Assembly (NCBI GenBank): GCA_963702475.1
Contig: CAVPCT010000002.1
Coordinates: 350,009-414,008 of the forward strand
DNA: 64,000 bases
Source of the DNA: an uncultured Thermoleophilia bacterium
Lineage (GTDB): Bacteria; Actinomycetota; Thermoleophilia; UBA2241
Reading direction: 5' to 3'
Of this stretch, positions 30,742 to 42,547 are shown in pieces. The first letter of the stretch is position 1. Every line of letters starts with the position of its first letter. A program made the position numbers and the translations under genes. A model generated the notes under the pieces. That model was not told the origin of the DNA and searched no databases. It worked only from the letters and a program-made list of their open reading frames with translations.

Positions 30742-32067
30742 TTGACTCTCGGCGAGTACCTCAGCCCCTGGCTCATCCTGCCCTTTGCCGGGCTGCTGCT
30801 CTGCATCGCCGTGCTGCCGCTGGCCACGCCGAAGTGGTTCGACAGCCTGCGCAACAAGGCGCTGGTGGCGGCGGTGTTCGGCGTACCCGTGGTGCTGTAC
30901 CTGGTGCTCGAGTTCGACGCCCTGGGTCGCCACACGGTGCTCACGACGGCGGAGGACTACTTCTCGTTCATCGTCCTGCTGCTGGCGCTGTTCGCGATCT
31001 CCGGAGGCATCTACCTCACCGGCGACCCGCTGGGCACGCCGCGCAACAACCTCACCTTTCTCGCCGTCGGGGCCGTGCTGGCCAACTTCGTCGGCACCAC
31101 CGGGGCCGCCATGCTCCTGGTGCGTCCCATGCTGCGCGCCAACTCCGAGCGGACCAAGGTGCGCCACATCTTCGTCTTCCTGATCTTCGTGGTCTGCAAC
31201 CTCGGCGGCCTGCTCACGCCGATCGGCGACCCGCCGCTGTTCCTCGGCTTCCTGAACGGAGTGAGCTTCACCTGGACGCTCCGCCTGGCGCCGCAGTGGC
31301 TCCTGGCCAACAGCCTCGTGCTCGCCGTCTTCTACGTGCTGGACACCTACTACTACCGCAAGGAGCCGCTCTCGGCGATCGTCGCCGACGAGGCCGAGTA
31401 CGTGCCCATCCGCCTGCTCGGCAAGATCAACCTGCTCTTCCTCGCCGGCGTCATCGCCGCGGTGGTGTTCTCGGAGCCGCTGGCCACCCTGGGCGAGGCG
31501 GTGCACGTCCCGTTCCTGCGCGAGATCGTCATGCTGGTGATGGTGGGGCTCTCGCTGCGGTACGGACCGGCAGAGCCGCGGCGCCTCAACCGCTTCGCGT
31601 GGGCGCCGATCGGCGAGGTGGCGATCGTGTTCGCCGGCATCTTCGCTTCCATGGTGCCGGCGCTCGCCATCCTCGAGGCCCGCGGCGACCAGCTCGGCCT
31701 CACCCTGCCGTGGCAGTACTTCTGGGCGTCGGGGGTGCTCTCGTCGTTCCTCGACAACGCCCCCACCTACCTCACCTTCACGGCCGCCGCCCAGGGCTTC
31801 CTCGGCGTACCGACCACCGGCGGGCTGATGTCCCCGGACGTGATCCCGGGGTTCGCCGCAGCCCCCGCCGCCTTCCTGGCGGCGATCTCCTGCGGCGCCG
31901 TGTTCATGGGCGCGAACACGTACATCGGCAACGCGCCCAACTTCATGGTCCGGAGCATCGCGGAGGGGCACGGCGTCCCCATGCCCAACTTCTTCCACTA
32001 CATGGCGTGGTCGGCGGCGGTGCTCCTGCCGGTGTTCGCGATCGTCACCGTCGTCTTCTTCCTGTGA
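30742..32067 (+). CDS. Ion-transporter superfamily Na+/H+ antiporter-like protein
   Basis: GTTGAAMLL, NLGGLLTPIGDPPLFLGF, SSFLDNAPTY, TYIGNAPNFMV; TTG start inferred. Confidence 0.85.
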   Translation: MTLGEYLSPWLILPFAGLLLCIAVLPLATPKWFDSLRNKALVAAVFGVPVVLYLVLEFDALGRHTVLTTAEDYFSFIVLLLALFAISGGIYLTGDPLGTPRNNLTFLAVGAVLANFVGTTGAAMLLVRPMLRANSERTKVRHIFVFLIFVVCNLGGLLTPIGDPPLFLGFLNGVSFTWTLRLAPQWLLANSLVLAVFYVLDTYYYRKEPLSAIVADEAEYVPIRLLGKINLLFLAGVIAAVVFSEPLATLGEAVHVPFLREIVMLVMVGLSLRYGPAEPRRLNRFAWAPIGEVAIVFAGIFASMVPALAILEARGDQLGLTLPWQYFWASGVLSSFLDNAPTYLTFTAAAQGFLGVPTTGGLMSPDVIPGFAAAPAAFLAAISCGAVFMGANTYIGNAPNFMVRSIAEGHGVPMPNFFHYMAWSAAVLLPVFAIVTVVFFL

Positions 32068-32100
32068 CGGTCTGAGCGCGCGAGCGAGCCCGGCGCCGCG

Positions 32101-32418
32101 TCAGGCCGGGCGCACTCCGCGGTGGTGGCAGGTCCGGCAGTCGTCGCCGCAGTCAGCCGTGCCGCCGAGCCTGGGGCAGCCGGCGGCGGTCGCCGGGGGA
32201 GCCTCGACCGCGAGAACGGGGGACTCCGCCAGGCCACGCTCCGCCATCGCCCACCGCCCGCCGAGGTCGTGCTGATCGACCTCGTGGCCGGGGTGCTCGT
32301 GACCGTGATGCGCATACCCGTGGTGGCCGTGCGCGTGACGCTCGTGCCGTCCACCGTGACCACGGCTGTGTGCGCCGTGGCGATGCCCGGTATGGTGGTC
32401 GTGTGCGTGCTGGTGCAT
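32101..32418 (-). CDS. Small His-rich protein with C-terminal Cx8Cx3Cx2C motif
   Basis: 20 His in the first 50 aa; GAGGAG Shine-Dalgarno just upstream of the ATG. Confidence 0.55.
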   Translation of the reverse strand: MHQHAHDHHTGHRHGAHSRGHGGRHERHAHGHHGYAHHGHEHPGHEVDQHDLGGRWAMAERGLAESPVLAVEAPPATAAGCPRLGGTADCGDDCRTCHHRGVRPA

Positions 32419-32443
32419 GGACTCCTCTGCGTACTTTCCAATA

Positions 32444-32463
32444 TGTCTCGATATATCGTAACA
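32444..32463. promoter_or_regulatory. Palindromic operator-like site between divergent genes
   Basis: TGT-CT-CGATATATCG-TA-ACA, an AT-rich dyad in a high-GC background. Confidence 0.5.
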
Positions 32464-32504
32464 GGTGCGTCAACTGGCCGTCCGCGGTCCGAGGGGGCGT
32501 GGTC

Positions 32505-33744
32505 GTGAGCGAGCGGTGGAAGATGTGGCACGACCCGGCCGGCCGCGGCTACATCCTCCTCGCCGCTGATGACGCTGGCGTTCGGCCTCTCGATGAACAC
32601 CAGCAACGCCGTGACGACCAACTACTTCGCCGACGTCCTGCACTTCACGGGGCCGCAGTTCGGCTACATCACGGCGATCCGCGAGATCCCCGGGCTGCTG
32701 CTCATCTTCATCACGGCGCTGCTGTACCGCATGTCGCAGCAGCGCCTCACGGCCCTCGCGCTCGTCGTCCTCGGCGTGGGGATCGCCGGCTACGCGCTGG
32801 CGACGGACTTCCGCAGCGTCCTCCCCTGGGTCGTCCTGGGCAGCCTGGGGTTCCACACCGTCCTGCAGACGCAGGTGGCGCTCGGCATGAGCCTCTCGGT
32901 GGAGTCGCGGAGCGGGCGCATCCTCGGCAACATGGCCGGCATCGGGCAGGCGGGAGCGCTGGTGGGCATGGGGGCGGTGTTCGTGCTGTTCCTGAGGTGG
33001 CCCGACCTCTACCACCAGGTCTACGTGGTCTGCGGCCTCATCGCCCTGCTCGGCGCCGCGGCCATCATCGGCTTTCCGCACCTCCACGAGGGCAAGGCCA
33101 TCGCGGCGCAGATGCCGCGGCAACGGATCGTGGTCAAGCGGGACTACCGCTACTACTACGTCCTCAACGTGCTGGACGGCGCGCGGCAGCAGCTGTTCTT
33201 CTCGTTCGGGCTGTGGGTGCTGGTGAGCCGGTTCGGCATGGGGGTGTCCGCGGTCTCGCTGGTCGTGATCGTCTCGACCGTGGTGGCGATGGTGTTCTCG
33301 CCGTGGGCCGGCAGGATGATCGACCGCCACGGCGAGCGCCACACGCTCTCGGCGATCAACGTCGCCTACATCGTGGCGCTGGCCGGCTACGCGCTCATGG
33401 GCAACGTGTGGCTGGCGTGCGCCTTCTACGTGCTCTACAGCTTCATCGCGCCGTTCTCGGCGATCGGGGCGGCGACCTACCTGCGCAAGATCGCCGTGCC
33501 CGCCGACATCGCCCCCAGCCTGGCGATGGGGGTGACCCTGCTGCACGCGACGGCGATCGTGGTGCCCGTCGCCGCCGGCCTGATCCTCAACTACGTGGGC
33601 TACCAGGTGCCGTTCTTCATCGGCTGCGGCTTCGCGCTCGTCGCCGCGCTGGTGACGCTGCGGCTGGACCCCGTGCGGCAGCGGGCGGCGGCCAAGGTCG
33701 CGCTGGACGAGGCCGGCCGCGATGAGGCGGCGGTCGCGCCATGA
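32505..33744 (+). CDS. MFS transporter (frameshift near 32565)
   Basis: About 12 hydrophobic segments, AIREIPGLL, GRMIDRHGER motif A. Confidence 0.85.
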
Positions 33745-34963
33745 CGCAGGCCGCCGCGCACCGGTCGCGCACGCTGGCGGTGCTGATCCTCGGCCACGTC
33801 AGCGTGGACCTCGCCGCCGGCGCCCTGTTCGCCCTGCTCCCCTTCCTGGTCGCCGAGCGCCACTACACGCTGGCGGCCGTCGGCACGTTCGCGCTCGTCG
33901 CCAACGTCACCAACGGGGCCTGCCAGCCGCTCTTCGGCGCGCGCGGCGACCTCCGTGAGGCGCGCTGGATGCTGCCGCTCGGTCTCGTCCTCGCCGGCGT
34001 GGGCATCGGCGCCGCCGGGCTGACCACGCGCTTCCCCGCGACGCTCCTCGCGGTGGTCGTTTGCATGGCCGGCGTGGCGGCGTATCACCCCGAGGGCGGC
34101 GCGCCTGGCTCGCGGCACGGCGATGGGGCGCATCGAGGCCAAGATGGGGCTGTTCTCCGTCGGCGGAGGGATCGGCTACATGCTGGGGCCGCTGATGGTC
34201 GCCGCCGTGCTGGCCTCTCTCGGCCTGGGCGGGACGGTGCTGGTGGGCCTCGTGCCGCTGGTCGCCGCCGCCGGCGTCGCGCTCGCCCTGCGGCGCGTCG
34301 GAGCGGCGGTCAAGGAGGCGGCGCGCGCAGTCGGCGGCTCGGCGGGGGCGCCGGAGTGGCGTCCCTTCGCCCTGCTGGTGGGCATGTTCTGCCTCTCGAG
34401 CGCCGATCGCGACCGGGCTGCTCGTGTACCTCCCGGTGTTCCTCGTCCAGGAGCGGGGCACGAGCCCGGCCGCGGCCAGCATCATGTCGAGCATCATGAT
34501 GGGCGCGGGGGCGGCCGGCATGGTGCTGGGCGGCTTCGTCGCCCAGCGGTTCAGCCGGCGCCTGGTGCTGCTGGCGCCGGAGCTCCTGCTCGTGCCGGCC
34601 ATCGCTCTGCTGCCGAGCCTCGGCTACGCGGCGCATGGTCCCGGTGGCCGCGCTCGCGCGGGCTCGCGATGGAGGCCAACTTCAGTCTGGTGATCGTGAT
34701 GGGGCAGGAGTACCTGCCGGCGCGCATGGGGCTCGTCGACGGGGCTGCTCAACGGCTTCTGCACCGCGGTCGCCGGCGTCGTGGTCTACGGCCTCGGCGT
34801 GCTCGGCGACCTCACGGCGCCCGTGTGGGTGCTGTACGCGCTGGCGCTGCTGCCGGTGGGCGTGGCGGCGCTGGCGCTGCTCCTGCCGCGTCCCGCGGCC
34901 GCTCCAGCGCAGACGAGGTGGAGCCTCGCGCGTGGTGGCGGCAGCCGCGTGAGGGTGCGCTAG
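33741..34963 (+). CDS. MFS transporter, Fsr-like; several frameshifts
   Basis: GHVSVDL, QPLFG, AAYHPEG, MGLFSVGGGIG, GQEYLP. Confidence 0.75.
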
Positions 34964-34972
34964 GGTCGAGGC

Positions 34973-35753
34973 ATGAAGCTCGACGGCATCGACGGCCTGC
35001 TGCTGGACATGGACGGCGTGCTCGGCGTCAGCTGGACGCCGCTGCCCGGCGCCGCGGAGGCGGTGACGCGCCTGCATGCGGCGCTGCCCGTGCGCCTGCT
35101 GACCAACACCACGGCGCTTCCGCAGGCCAGGTTCGGCGCGCTGCTGCGCGAGGCCGGGTTCCCGTTCGCCGACGAGGAGATCCTCTCGGCGTCGGTGCTG
35201 GCGGCCGAGTGGCTGCGGGCGGAGCGGCCGGGCGCGCGCGTGTTCCTGCTCGGCGACGCGCAGGCGGAGGACCTGGGCGGCGTCGAGCTCGTGGGGGCGG
35301 ACGAGGCGCCGGACCTGGTGCTGGTCTCCGGCGCCGACGAGACGTTCTGCTTCGAGGCCTTCAACACCGTGCTGGCCCTGCTGCGCGGCGGCGCCGAGCT
35401 GGCGGCCATGCACCGCAACCTGTTCTGGATGACCCGGCGCGGCGAGAAGCTGGACGCCGGGGCCTACCTGCTGGGCCTCGAGGCGGCCACGGGGCTCGAG
35501 GCCGTGGTGCTCGGCAAGCCGGCGGCCGGCGCGTTCCGCGCCGGCCTCGACGCTCTGGGCCTGCCGGCGCGGCCGCGTGGCCATGGTCGGCGACGACGTG
35601 GAGAACGACGTGCTCGCCGCCCAGGCCGTCGGCGTCACCGGCGTGCTCGTGCGCACGGGCAAGTTCCGCGAGGACCAGCTGGCCCGTGCCTCCGGCGCCC
35701 CGGACCTCGTCGTCGACTCCATCTGCGACGTGCCGGGGCTGCTCGGCCTGTAG
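34973..35753 (+). CDS. HAD-IIA family hydrolase (LHPP/HDHD2-like); frameshift near 35572
   Basis: DMDGVL, LTNTT, LGKP, MVGDDVENDV, LVRTGKFR. Confidence 0.88.
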
Positions 35754-35766
35754 GGCGCCCGCCGCC

Positions 35767-36042
35767 TCAGAGGAGGCGGCTGCCCTCGCCGGACTCGAGG
35801 AAGATGACGGTCGGCGCCGCACCGCCGTCGGGGCGTGCGATGAAGCCTCCCGTCACGCTCTCGAGTGCGTCGTCGGGGAGCGCCGCGTCGAGCGCGGCGA
35901 CCTCCTCGGCCGTGCAGTCGTAGCCCTCGGCGCGGACCAGCTCCAGGCGCGCCTCCGCTCCGTCCGCGGCAAGCACCTTCTCGCGGAACTCCTCATCGGA
36001 CTCGAGACGCTCGACCAGCGCCATGGCGGACTCCTGCGACAT
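35767..36042 (-). CDS. Nif11-like leader peptide family precursor
   Basis: MSQESAMALVERLESDEEFREKV...AEGYDCTAEE...LPDDALESVTGG double-Gly motif followed by a 25-aa core; GAAGGGAG SD. Confidence 0.8.
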   Translation of the reverse strand: MSQESAMALVERLESDEEFREKVLAADGAEARLELVRAEGYDCTAEEVAALDAALPDDALESVTGGFIARPDGGAAPTVIFLESGEGSRLL

Positions 36043-36183
36043 CTCGGCTCCCTTCGCCATCCCGTGGCCCCCGTCACCCCGCTACCTTGTCTTTCTGCCC
36101 GCAGGCTCTATCATCGAGGCTGTGAACTTCGTCGTGCGCCCGCGCGGCCGCCGGCCGCTCGCAGCGCGCGGAAAGGGGTCGGT

Positions 36184-37108
36184 ATGGGGGGCTGGGTCGC
36201 ACTCATCGTCATCGTCATCGTCCTGCTGTTCATCATCATCGGGATCCTCTCGGGCATCCGCATCGTCCGTCCGACGCATCGCGGGCTGGTGGAACGCCTG
36301 GGTAAGTACAGCCGGTTCGCGGGACCGGGCATCCACCTCACCATCCCGTTCGGCATCGAGCGCATGTTCCAGGTGGACATCCGCGAGACACTGGTCGACG
36401 CGACGCCGCAGACCATCATCACCAACGACAACCTCAACGCCCGCGTCGACGCGCAGGTCTACCTCAAGGTCAAGCCGGACGAGGAGAGCGTCAAGGCGTC
36501 GCAGTACAACGTCGCCAACTACCAGCTGCAGATCGTGCAGCTGGCGCGGACCACGCTGCGCAACATCATCGGCACCCTGAGCCTCAAGTCGGCCAACAGC
36601 GAGCGCGGCCGCATCAACGAGGAGCTGCGCACCACGCTCCGCACCGAGACCGCCAACTGGGGCCTCGAGATCCTGCGCACCGAGCTCAAGGAGATCGACC
36701 CGCCGGCGGACGTGCAGGAGACCATGAACAAGGTCGTCAAGGCCGAGAACGAGAAGATCGCCGCCGTGGACTACGCCACCGCCACCGAGACGCAGGCCGA
36801 CGGCCAGCGCCGCGCCGAGATCAAGAAGGCGGAGGGCATCAAGCAGGCCAAGGTCCTCGCCGCCGAGGGCGAGGCGCAGGCCATCCAGCTCGTCAACGAG
36901 GCGGCCGAGAAGTTCTTCGTCGGCAACGCCCAGGTGCTGCGCAAGCTCGAGACGGTGGAGAAGGCGTTCTGGCAGAACGCCAAGATCATCGTCCCGGCGG
37001 ACGGGGACCTGGTCAACGTGATCGGCGACCTCGCCGGCATCACGCCGGTGCCGGTCAAGGCCGCGCAGCCGAACCCGACGCCGGGCCAGACCGCAGCAGC
37101 GGAGGTAG
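36184..37108 (+). CDS. SPFH/band-7 membrane protein (QmcA-like); 3' end inferred (raw ORF to 37290)
   Basis: N-terminal TM helix, GLVERLGKY, ITNDN, TTLRNIIG, AEGEAQAI. Confidence 0.88.
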
Positions 37109-37135
37109 ACGCCGGCGGCCTCAGGGCCGCGGGTG

Positions 37136-37183
37136 CGAGGGGGCGGGCCGGGAGCCGGAAGAGGCTCCCGGCCCGCCCCCTCG
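37136..37183. terminator. Perfect 21-bp hairpin between convergent genes
   Basis: CGAGGGGGCGGGCCGGGAGCC-ggaaga-GGCTCCCGGCCCGCCCCCTCG. Confidence 0.65.
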
Positions 37184-37255
37184 TCACGTCCGGCGTCAGC
37201 CGGACGATCCGGACGACGCCGAACGGCTCCGGACGGCTCCGGACGGGCCGGCCCC

Positions 37256-37624
37256 TCAGTCCCGCGGCTTGTACCGGTTGTGCAGCATGAGCGAGTTGCC
37301 GTCGGGGTCGGAGAACAGGGCCATGTGGCACACGCCGGTGTCGTAGGTGTCGCCGTGGAACGTGATGCCCTTTGCCTCCAGGGCGGTCCTGGCCGCCGCC
37401 ATGTCGTCCACGTGCAGCGCCAGGTGCGCCGCGGTCTGCGGGGCGAACGGCATGCCGGCCTTGGCCGGCTCCCAGATGCCGAAGCACGTCTCGCCGACCC
37501 AGAACTCGAAGTGGGCCTTGGGGTCGGGACGCAGGCCGAGCGTCTCGACGTAGAACGCGCGCGAGCGCTCGGCGTCGGTGGACGGGACGGCGACGAAGTC
37601 GAGCTTGCGGATGAGAGTCTCCAC
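37256..37624 (-). CDS. VOC/glyoxalase family protein
   Basis: DAERSRAFYVETLGL, HLALHVDDM, FSDPDGN. Confidence 0.88.
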   Translation of the reverse strand: METLIRKLDFVAVPSTDAERSRAFYVETLGLRPDPKAHFEFWVGETCFGIWEPAKAGMPFAPQTAAHLALHVDDMAAARTALEAKGITFHGDTYDTGVCHMALFSDPDGNSLMLHNRYKPRD

Positions 37625-37638
37625 GGGGCCTCCTGTGG

Positions 37639-38017
37639 TCAGCGCTTCTTCTTGCGCGGCTTCTTCACCTTGGGCGGCAGCGAGGCGGCGTACTCGGCCG
37701 CCTTGCGCACCCAGTCACGGGCGACGTCGCGGTCGGCCACGAGCGCCGGCGGCAGCGCGACGTACTCCTTCATCGCGCGCCCCGGGGCCGGCTCGAACGG
37801 GCGGCCGCCGGCCGCGACCACCTGCGCCCGGCCGGCCTCGTCCAGGCGCAGCATCACCGTCTCCTGCCAGACGCCGGCGAACAGGTTGCCCCCGGTGAAG
37901 TACGCGGGGCACCCGAACATGGGGCGGAAGTCCACGGGCTGGTCGAACTCGATGCGCGCCGATCGTCTCATCGAGCAGCTTGACGAGGTCCTCGTCGGGC
38001 TTGCGCCACTTCTCCAT
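37639..38017 (-). CDS. TfoX/Sxy N-terminal domain protein (frameshift near 37965)
   Basis: RPMFGCPAYFTGGNLFAG, PFEPAPGRAMKEYV, SLPPK. Confidence 0.8.
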
Positions 38018-38050
38018 CGCCGTCTCCTGCCCGCGCCGGCCGCGGCCGGG

Positions 38051-38518
38051 CTACTTCTTGTCGTGCCGCGGCACCACGAGCACGGGGATGTCGCTGTGGT
38101 GGAGCAGCTTGAGCGCCGTGGAGCCGAGGAACGCGGCCGACATGGCGCCCTCTCCGTGGCTGCCGACGACGATGGCGGCGGCCTGCTTCTCGCGCGCCGC
38201 CTCGAGCAGCACGTCCACCGGCTTGCCCTCGCGCGCGTCGCCGGAGGCCGCGACGCCCGCGGCCTGCAACTCCTTGACCGCCTCGGCGATCTGCTGGTCG
38301 CAGGCGGAGCGCACGAGGTCCACGTGCTGGTCGTACTCGGCGCTGATCATGATGGGCGAGTCGGTCATGCCCATGGGGACGTAGCCGATCGAGAACTCGA
38401 ACGCGCTGACGACGAACACCTCGCCGTCGTCCAGGTGCCTGGCCAGCTCGGCGGTGTGTGCGAGCGCCTTCTTGCCGGTGTCGGACCCGTCATAGCCCAG
38501 AACGAGCGTGGTCGGCAT
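38051..38518 (-). CDS. Universal stress protein
   Basis: LVLGYDGS, IVVGSHG, FLGSTALKLLHHSDIPVLVV. Confidence 0.92.
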   Translation of the reverse strand: MPTTLVLGYDGSDTGKKALAHTAELARHLDDGEVFVVSAFEFSIGYVPMGMTDSPIMISAEYDQHVDLVRSACDQQIAEAVKELQAAGVAASGDAREGKPVDVLLEAAREKQAAAIVVGSHGEGAMSAAFLGSTALKLLHHSDIPVLVVPRHDKK

Positions 38519-38659
38519 CGTGTCCCTCCTCGTGGGTTGGTCTCTGCCCCGACTATTTCACATGGTGGCGGGGGCCGAAACGGCGCCGCCGGGCGCGCGG
38601 CTCTCGCGCCGGCTCGGCCGGAGCGGTCTGTCCCGGCGCCGAAGGGCGCTGGACGGGCG

Positions 38660-39504
38660 TCAGACGGCGCGGCGCAGCGCCCTGCGGGCGAGCAGGCCGC
38701 GCCGCGGGGCGAAGATGTACGCGAGCAGGAAGGCGGCGGTGGCGACCAGCACGACCGCCGCCCCGGACGCCACGTCGAGGTAGTAGCTCGCGTACAGGCC
38801 GGCGACACTCGAGAAGGCGCCGACGACGGCGGAGACGACCATCATCGCCGCCAGGCGCCGCGTGAGCAGGTAGGCGGTCGCCGCCGGGGTGACCAGCATC
38901 GCGGCGACCAGGCCCACGCCGACCGTCTGCAGGCCGACGACGATGGTGAGCGCCAGCAGGATCAGCATCGTGAACCGCAGCGTCTCCGGCCGCTTGCCCA
39001 GCATGTGCGCGAGCACGGGGTCGAACGAGGCCAGCTGGAACTCCTTGAAGAAGAGGACCAGCACGGTGAGCACGATCACAGCGAGGATGCCGGTGAGCCA
39101 CAGGTCGCCGGCGCTGACGCCGAGCACGTTGCCGAACAGGATGTGCGTAAGGTCGGTGGCGTAGGACCGCACCGTGCTCATGAGCAGGACGCCGAGGGCG
39201 AGCGCCGCGGCGAAGAGGATGCCGATGGCGGTGTCCTCCTTGACGCCGCCGCGCCGCGAGAACAGGCCGATGCCGACGGCTACGAGGACGGCGGCGACGA
39301 GCGCGCCGAGCAGCAGGTTGGCGCCGAGCAGGTAGGCGATGGCGACGCCGGGCAGGATGGCGTGGGCCAGGGCGTCGCCCAGGAACGCCATGGCGCGGAG
39401 CACCACGAACGTGCCGATCACCGAGCACAGCACGCCGACGATGAGCGACGCCATGAGGGCGCGCTGCATGAACTCGAACGCGAACGGGTCGGTGAGCCAG
39501 GCGA

Positions 39505-39508
<4 letters not shown>
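38660..39508 (-). CDS. Zn/Mn ABC transporter permease (ZnuB-like)
   Basis: [36 protein letters not shown]. Confidence 0.92.
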
Positions 39509-40334
<826 letters not shown>

Positions 40335-40338
<4 letters not shown>

Positions 40339-41313
40339 TTGAGCGCGTCCACGATCCGTCGCGTGTCGTACTTCATCATGTCGATGTAGGTGGCCGCCTC
40401 GCCGTCCGGTTCGCTCAGGGAGTGGTCGCGCAGGTCGTCGACGACAACGATACCCGTCTCGGCGGCGATCTGGTCGGCGAGCTGCGGATTCTCCTCCAGT
40501 CTCCACGAAGATGGCGCGCACGCCCTCCGCGCGGATGGTCTCCGTCAGTTCGGCGAGCTGTTTGGCGGTGGGTGACTCGCCGGTGGCCACACTGGGGATG
40601 ACGGCGCCGGCGATGCGGAAGCCGTACCTGTCGGCGAAGTAGCCGTGGCTCACGTGGTTCATGACCAGCAGCCGGTCTTCCTCGGGCAGGGTGGCGACCT
40701 CCTCCTCGATCCAGGCGTCCAGCTCCTCGAGCTTCGCGACGTAGGCCTCGGCATTGGCCGTGTACTCGGCCTTGCCCTCCGGGTCGGCGGCGATGAACGC
40801 GTCGCGGATGTTCTCGACGTAGGCGATCACGAGCGTCGGGTCCAGCCAGAAGTGGGGGTCGGCCTCGTCGTGGCCCTCCTCCTCGCCCTCGTGCTCGTGC
40901 AGCGGCTCGCTCGGCTGCGGCTCGCGGGGAGGGATGCCCTCGGAGGCATCCACGAACGTCGTGCCGGACGCCGCGGTGCGCAACGTGTCCTCGAGCGTCT
41001 CCTCGAGACCTCCGCCGTTGAGGATGAAGAGGTCGGACTCCGCTACGGTCGCCACGTCGCGCGGCGTGGGCTCGAACGCGTGGAGGTCGGCGTCGCGCGG
41101 CACAAGAGACTCGACGGTGAAGCGGTCCCCGGCCACGTTCTGGGCGATGTCGGCGAGGAACGTGGCTGTGGCCAGCACCTGCAGCGCGCCGCCGTCAGCG
41201 GCGGCATCGTCGCCGCCGCCGCAGCCCGCGGCCGCGAGGATCCCGGAGGCCGCGACTGCGATGAGCAGCAGCGCGAGCGTGATGCGGTGGCGGTGCGGTT
41301 GACGCTGCCTCAT
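40335..41313 (-). CDS. Zn/Mn ABC substrate-binding lipoprotein (ZnuA-like); frameshift near 40495
   Basis: AAGC lipobox, DLHAFEPTP, His/Glu-rich loop, DPHFWLDP, HGYFADRYG. Confidence 0.9.
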
Positions 41314-41761
41314 GGGTCCCTCCGGGGCTGATCGTCGCGGGTGTGCACCCGGCGCAGAGGCCGGTGAGCTGCAGGAAGTGGTCGGTGATGCGGTACCCCG
41401 TCTCGATTGACGCCGCGTCGGTGATGCCGCGCATGTCGCAGGCGGTGAACTCGGTGACGCGGCCGCAGCCGCTGCAGACCACGGTGTGCCCGTGTTCGGC
41501 GCCGGCCGGGACGAAGCTCTCACAGTGGCCGTCGCCGTGGACACGGCGCAGCGCGCCGATCTCGTCCAGCACCTCGAGGGTACGGTAGACGGTGGTCAGG
41601 CCGAGCTCCGGGCACTGCTCGCGCGCGGCGTCGAAGACCTGCACGGGGCTCTGGCTGCACGGCGCCGCCGCGATCGCGTCCAGTACCGCGCGTCGCTGGC
41701 GGGTGAGGCGCAGACCGCGCGCGGCCAGGGCGGCGGAGACCTCTGAGGCGTCGAAGCTCAC
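41310..41761 (-). CDS. zur: Fur-family regulator, probably Zur (3' end uncertain; raw ORF to 41195)
   Basis: GLRLTRQR, TVYRTL, HGHTVVCSGCG, GLCAGC; heads a Zn ABC operon that has a Zur-type box. Confidence 0.8.
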
Positions 41762-41779
41762 GGTGTTCCTTTCTGAAAG

Positions 41780-41794
41780 TGAAAACCCTTTTCA
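41780..41794. promoter_or_regulatory. Actinobacterial Zur box
   Basis: TGAAAA-CCC-TTTTCA dyad about 20 bp upstream of zur; matches the TGAAAAnnnTTTTCA pattern. Confidence 0.8.
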
Positions 41795-41869
41795 GTAAGG
41801 AGCGCAGCCTAGCACGCGAGCTGCGGGGTGCGCAACGGCTACGGGGTCAGTGCGACGAGAGGAGCGGCG

Positions 41870-42547
41870 TCAGTGATGCGACGAGTAGGGGCAGGCGGCG
41901 ATGCAGATACCGCAGATCTCGGCCTCGACGCTGGTGAAGAGCGCCATGTGGTGGCGGCAGGCGCCGGCGTCGAAGAGGAGCTCGCGCGCCATGCCCGGCC
42001 GCCACAACACGTCCCGGCCGCAGCCGGCCGGGCACGCGTCGACGCACGCGCGGCAGTCGCCGCAGTCGCTCTCCGTGACCGGCTCGCCGGCCGGCAACTC
42101 GAGGTCGGTGAACACCGTGGCGAGGCGCACCGCGGGGCCGAACTGAGGCGAGATGAACAGGGCCGTCTTGCCGATCCAGCCGAGCCCGGCGGAGGTGGCC
42201 GCGGTCTTGTGCGGGAAGGTCGCGGAGCCGTTGGCGCCGTCGTAGGTGGCCCGCACGCGCTCGGCCGAGTGCCCGTGGACCGTGAGCACGTCCACCAGAG
42301 TCCCTGTCGCGTCGTCGAGGGCGACGTTCACGCGCAGGTACTCCTGATGGTAGTCATGGGTGGGACCGTGAGTGAGGCCGCGCACCACCAACGGGTCGAG
42401 GCGCATGAGCATGGAGATGGCGATGGGGTAGTCCGGGGCGCCCGGCAGCCGTGGGTCGTTGGCGGCGACGCCCCAGGCGTCGACGTCTTTGGTGCGCAGG
42501 ATCTGGCCGATGGCGTGACGGTCGAGCACGTGCAGCATGGGTCGCAT
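41870..42547 (-). CDS. QueG-like (epoxyqueuosine reductase-like) 4Fe-4S protein
   Basis: FPHKTAATSAGLGWIGK, FGPAVRL, CGDCRACVDACP, CGICIAACP. Confidence 0.8.
   Translation of the reverse strand: MRPMLHVLDRHAIGQILRTKDVDAWGVAANDPRLPGAPDYPIAISMLMRLDPLVVRGLTHGPTHDYHQEYLRVNVALDDATGTLVDVLTVHGHSAERVRATYDGANGSATFPHKTAATSAGLGWIGKTALFISPQFGPAVRLATVFTDLELPAGEPVTESDCGDCRACVDACPAGCGRDVLWRPGMARELLFDAGACRHHMALFTSVEAEICGICIAACPYSSHH

Noticed and set aside
41870-42547. Reductive dehalogenase
   Set aside because: Too short and lacks a Tat signal and RdhB anchor; it fits the small QueG-like Fe-S family.
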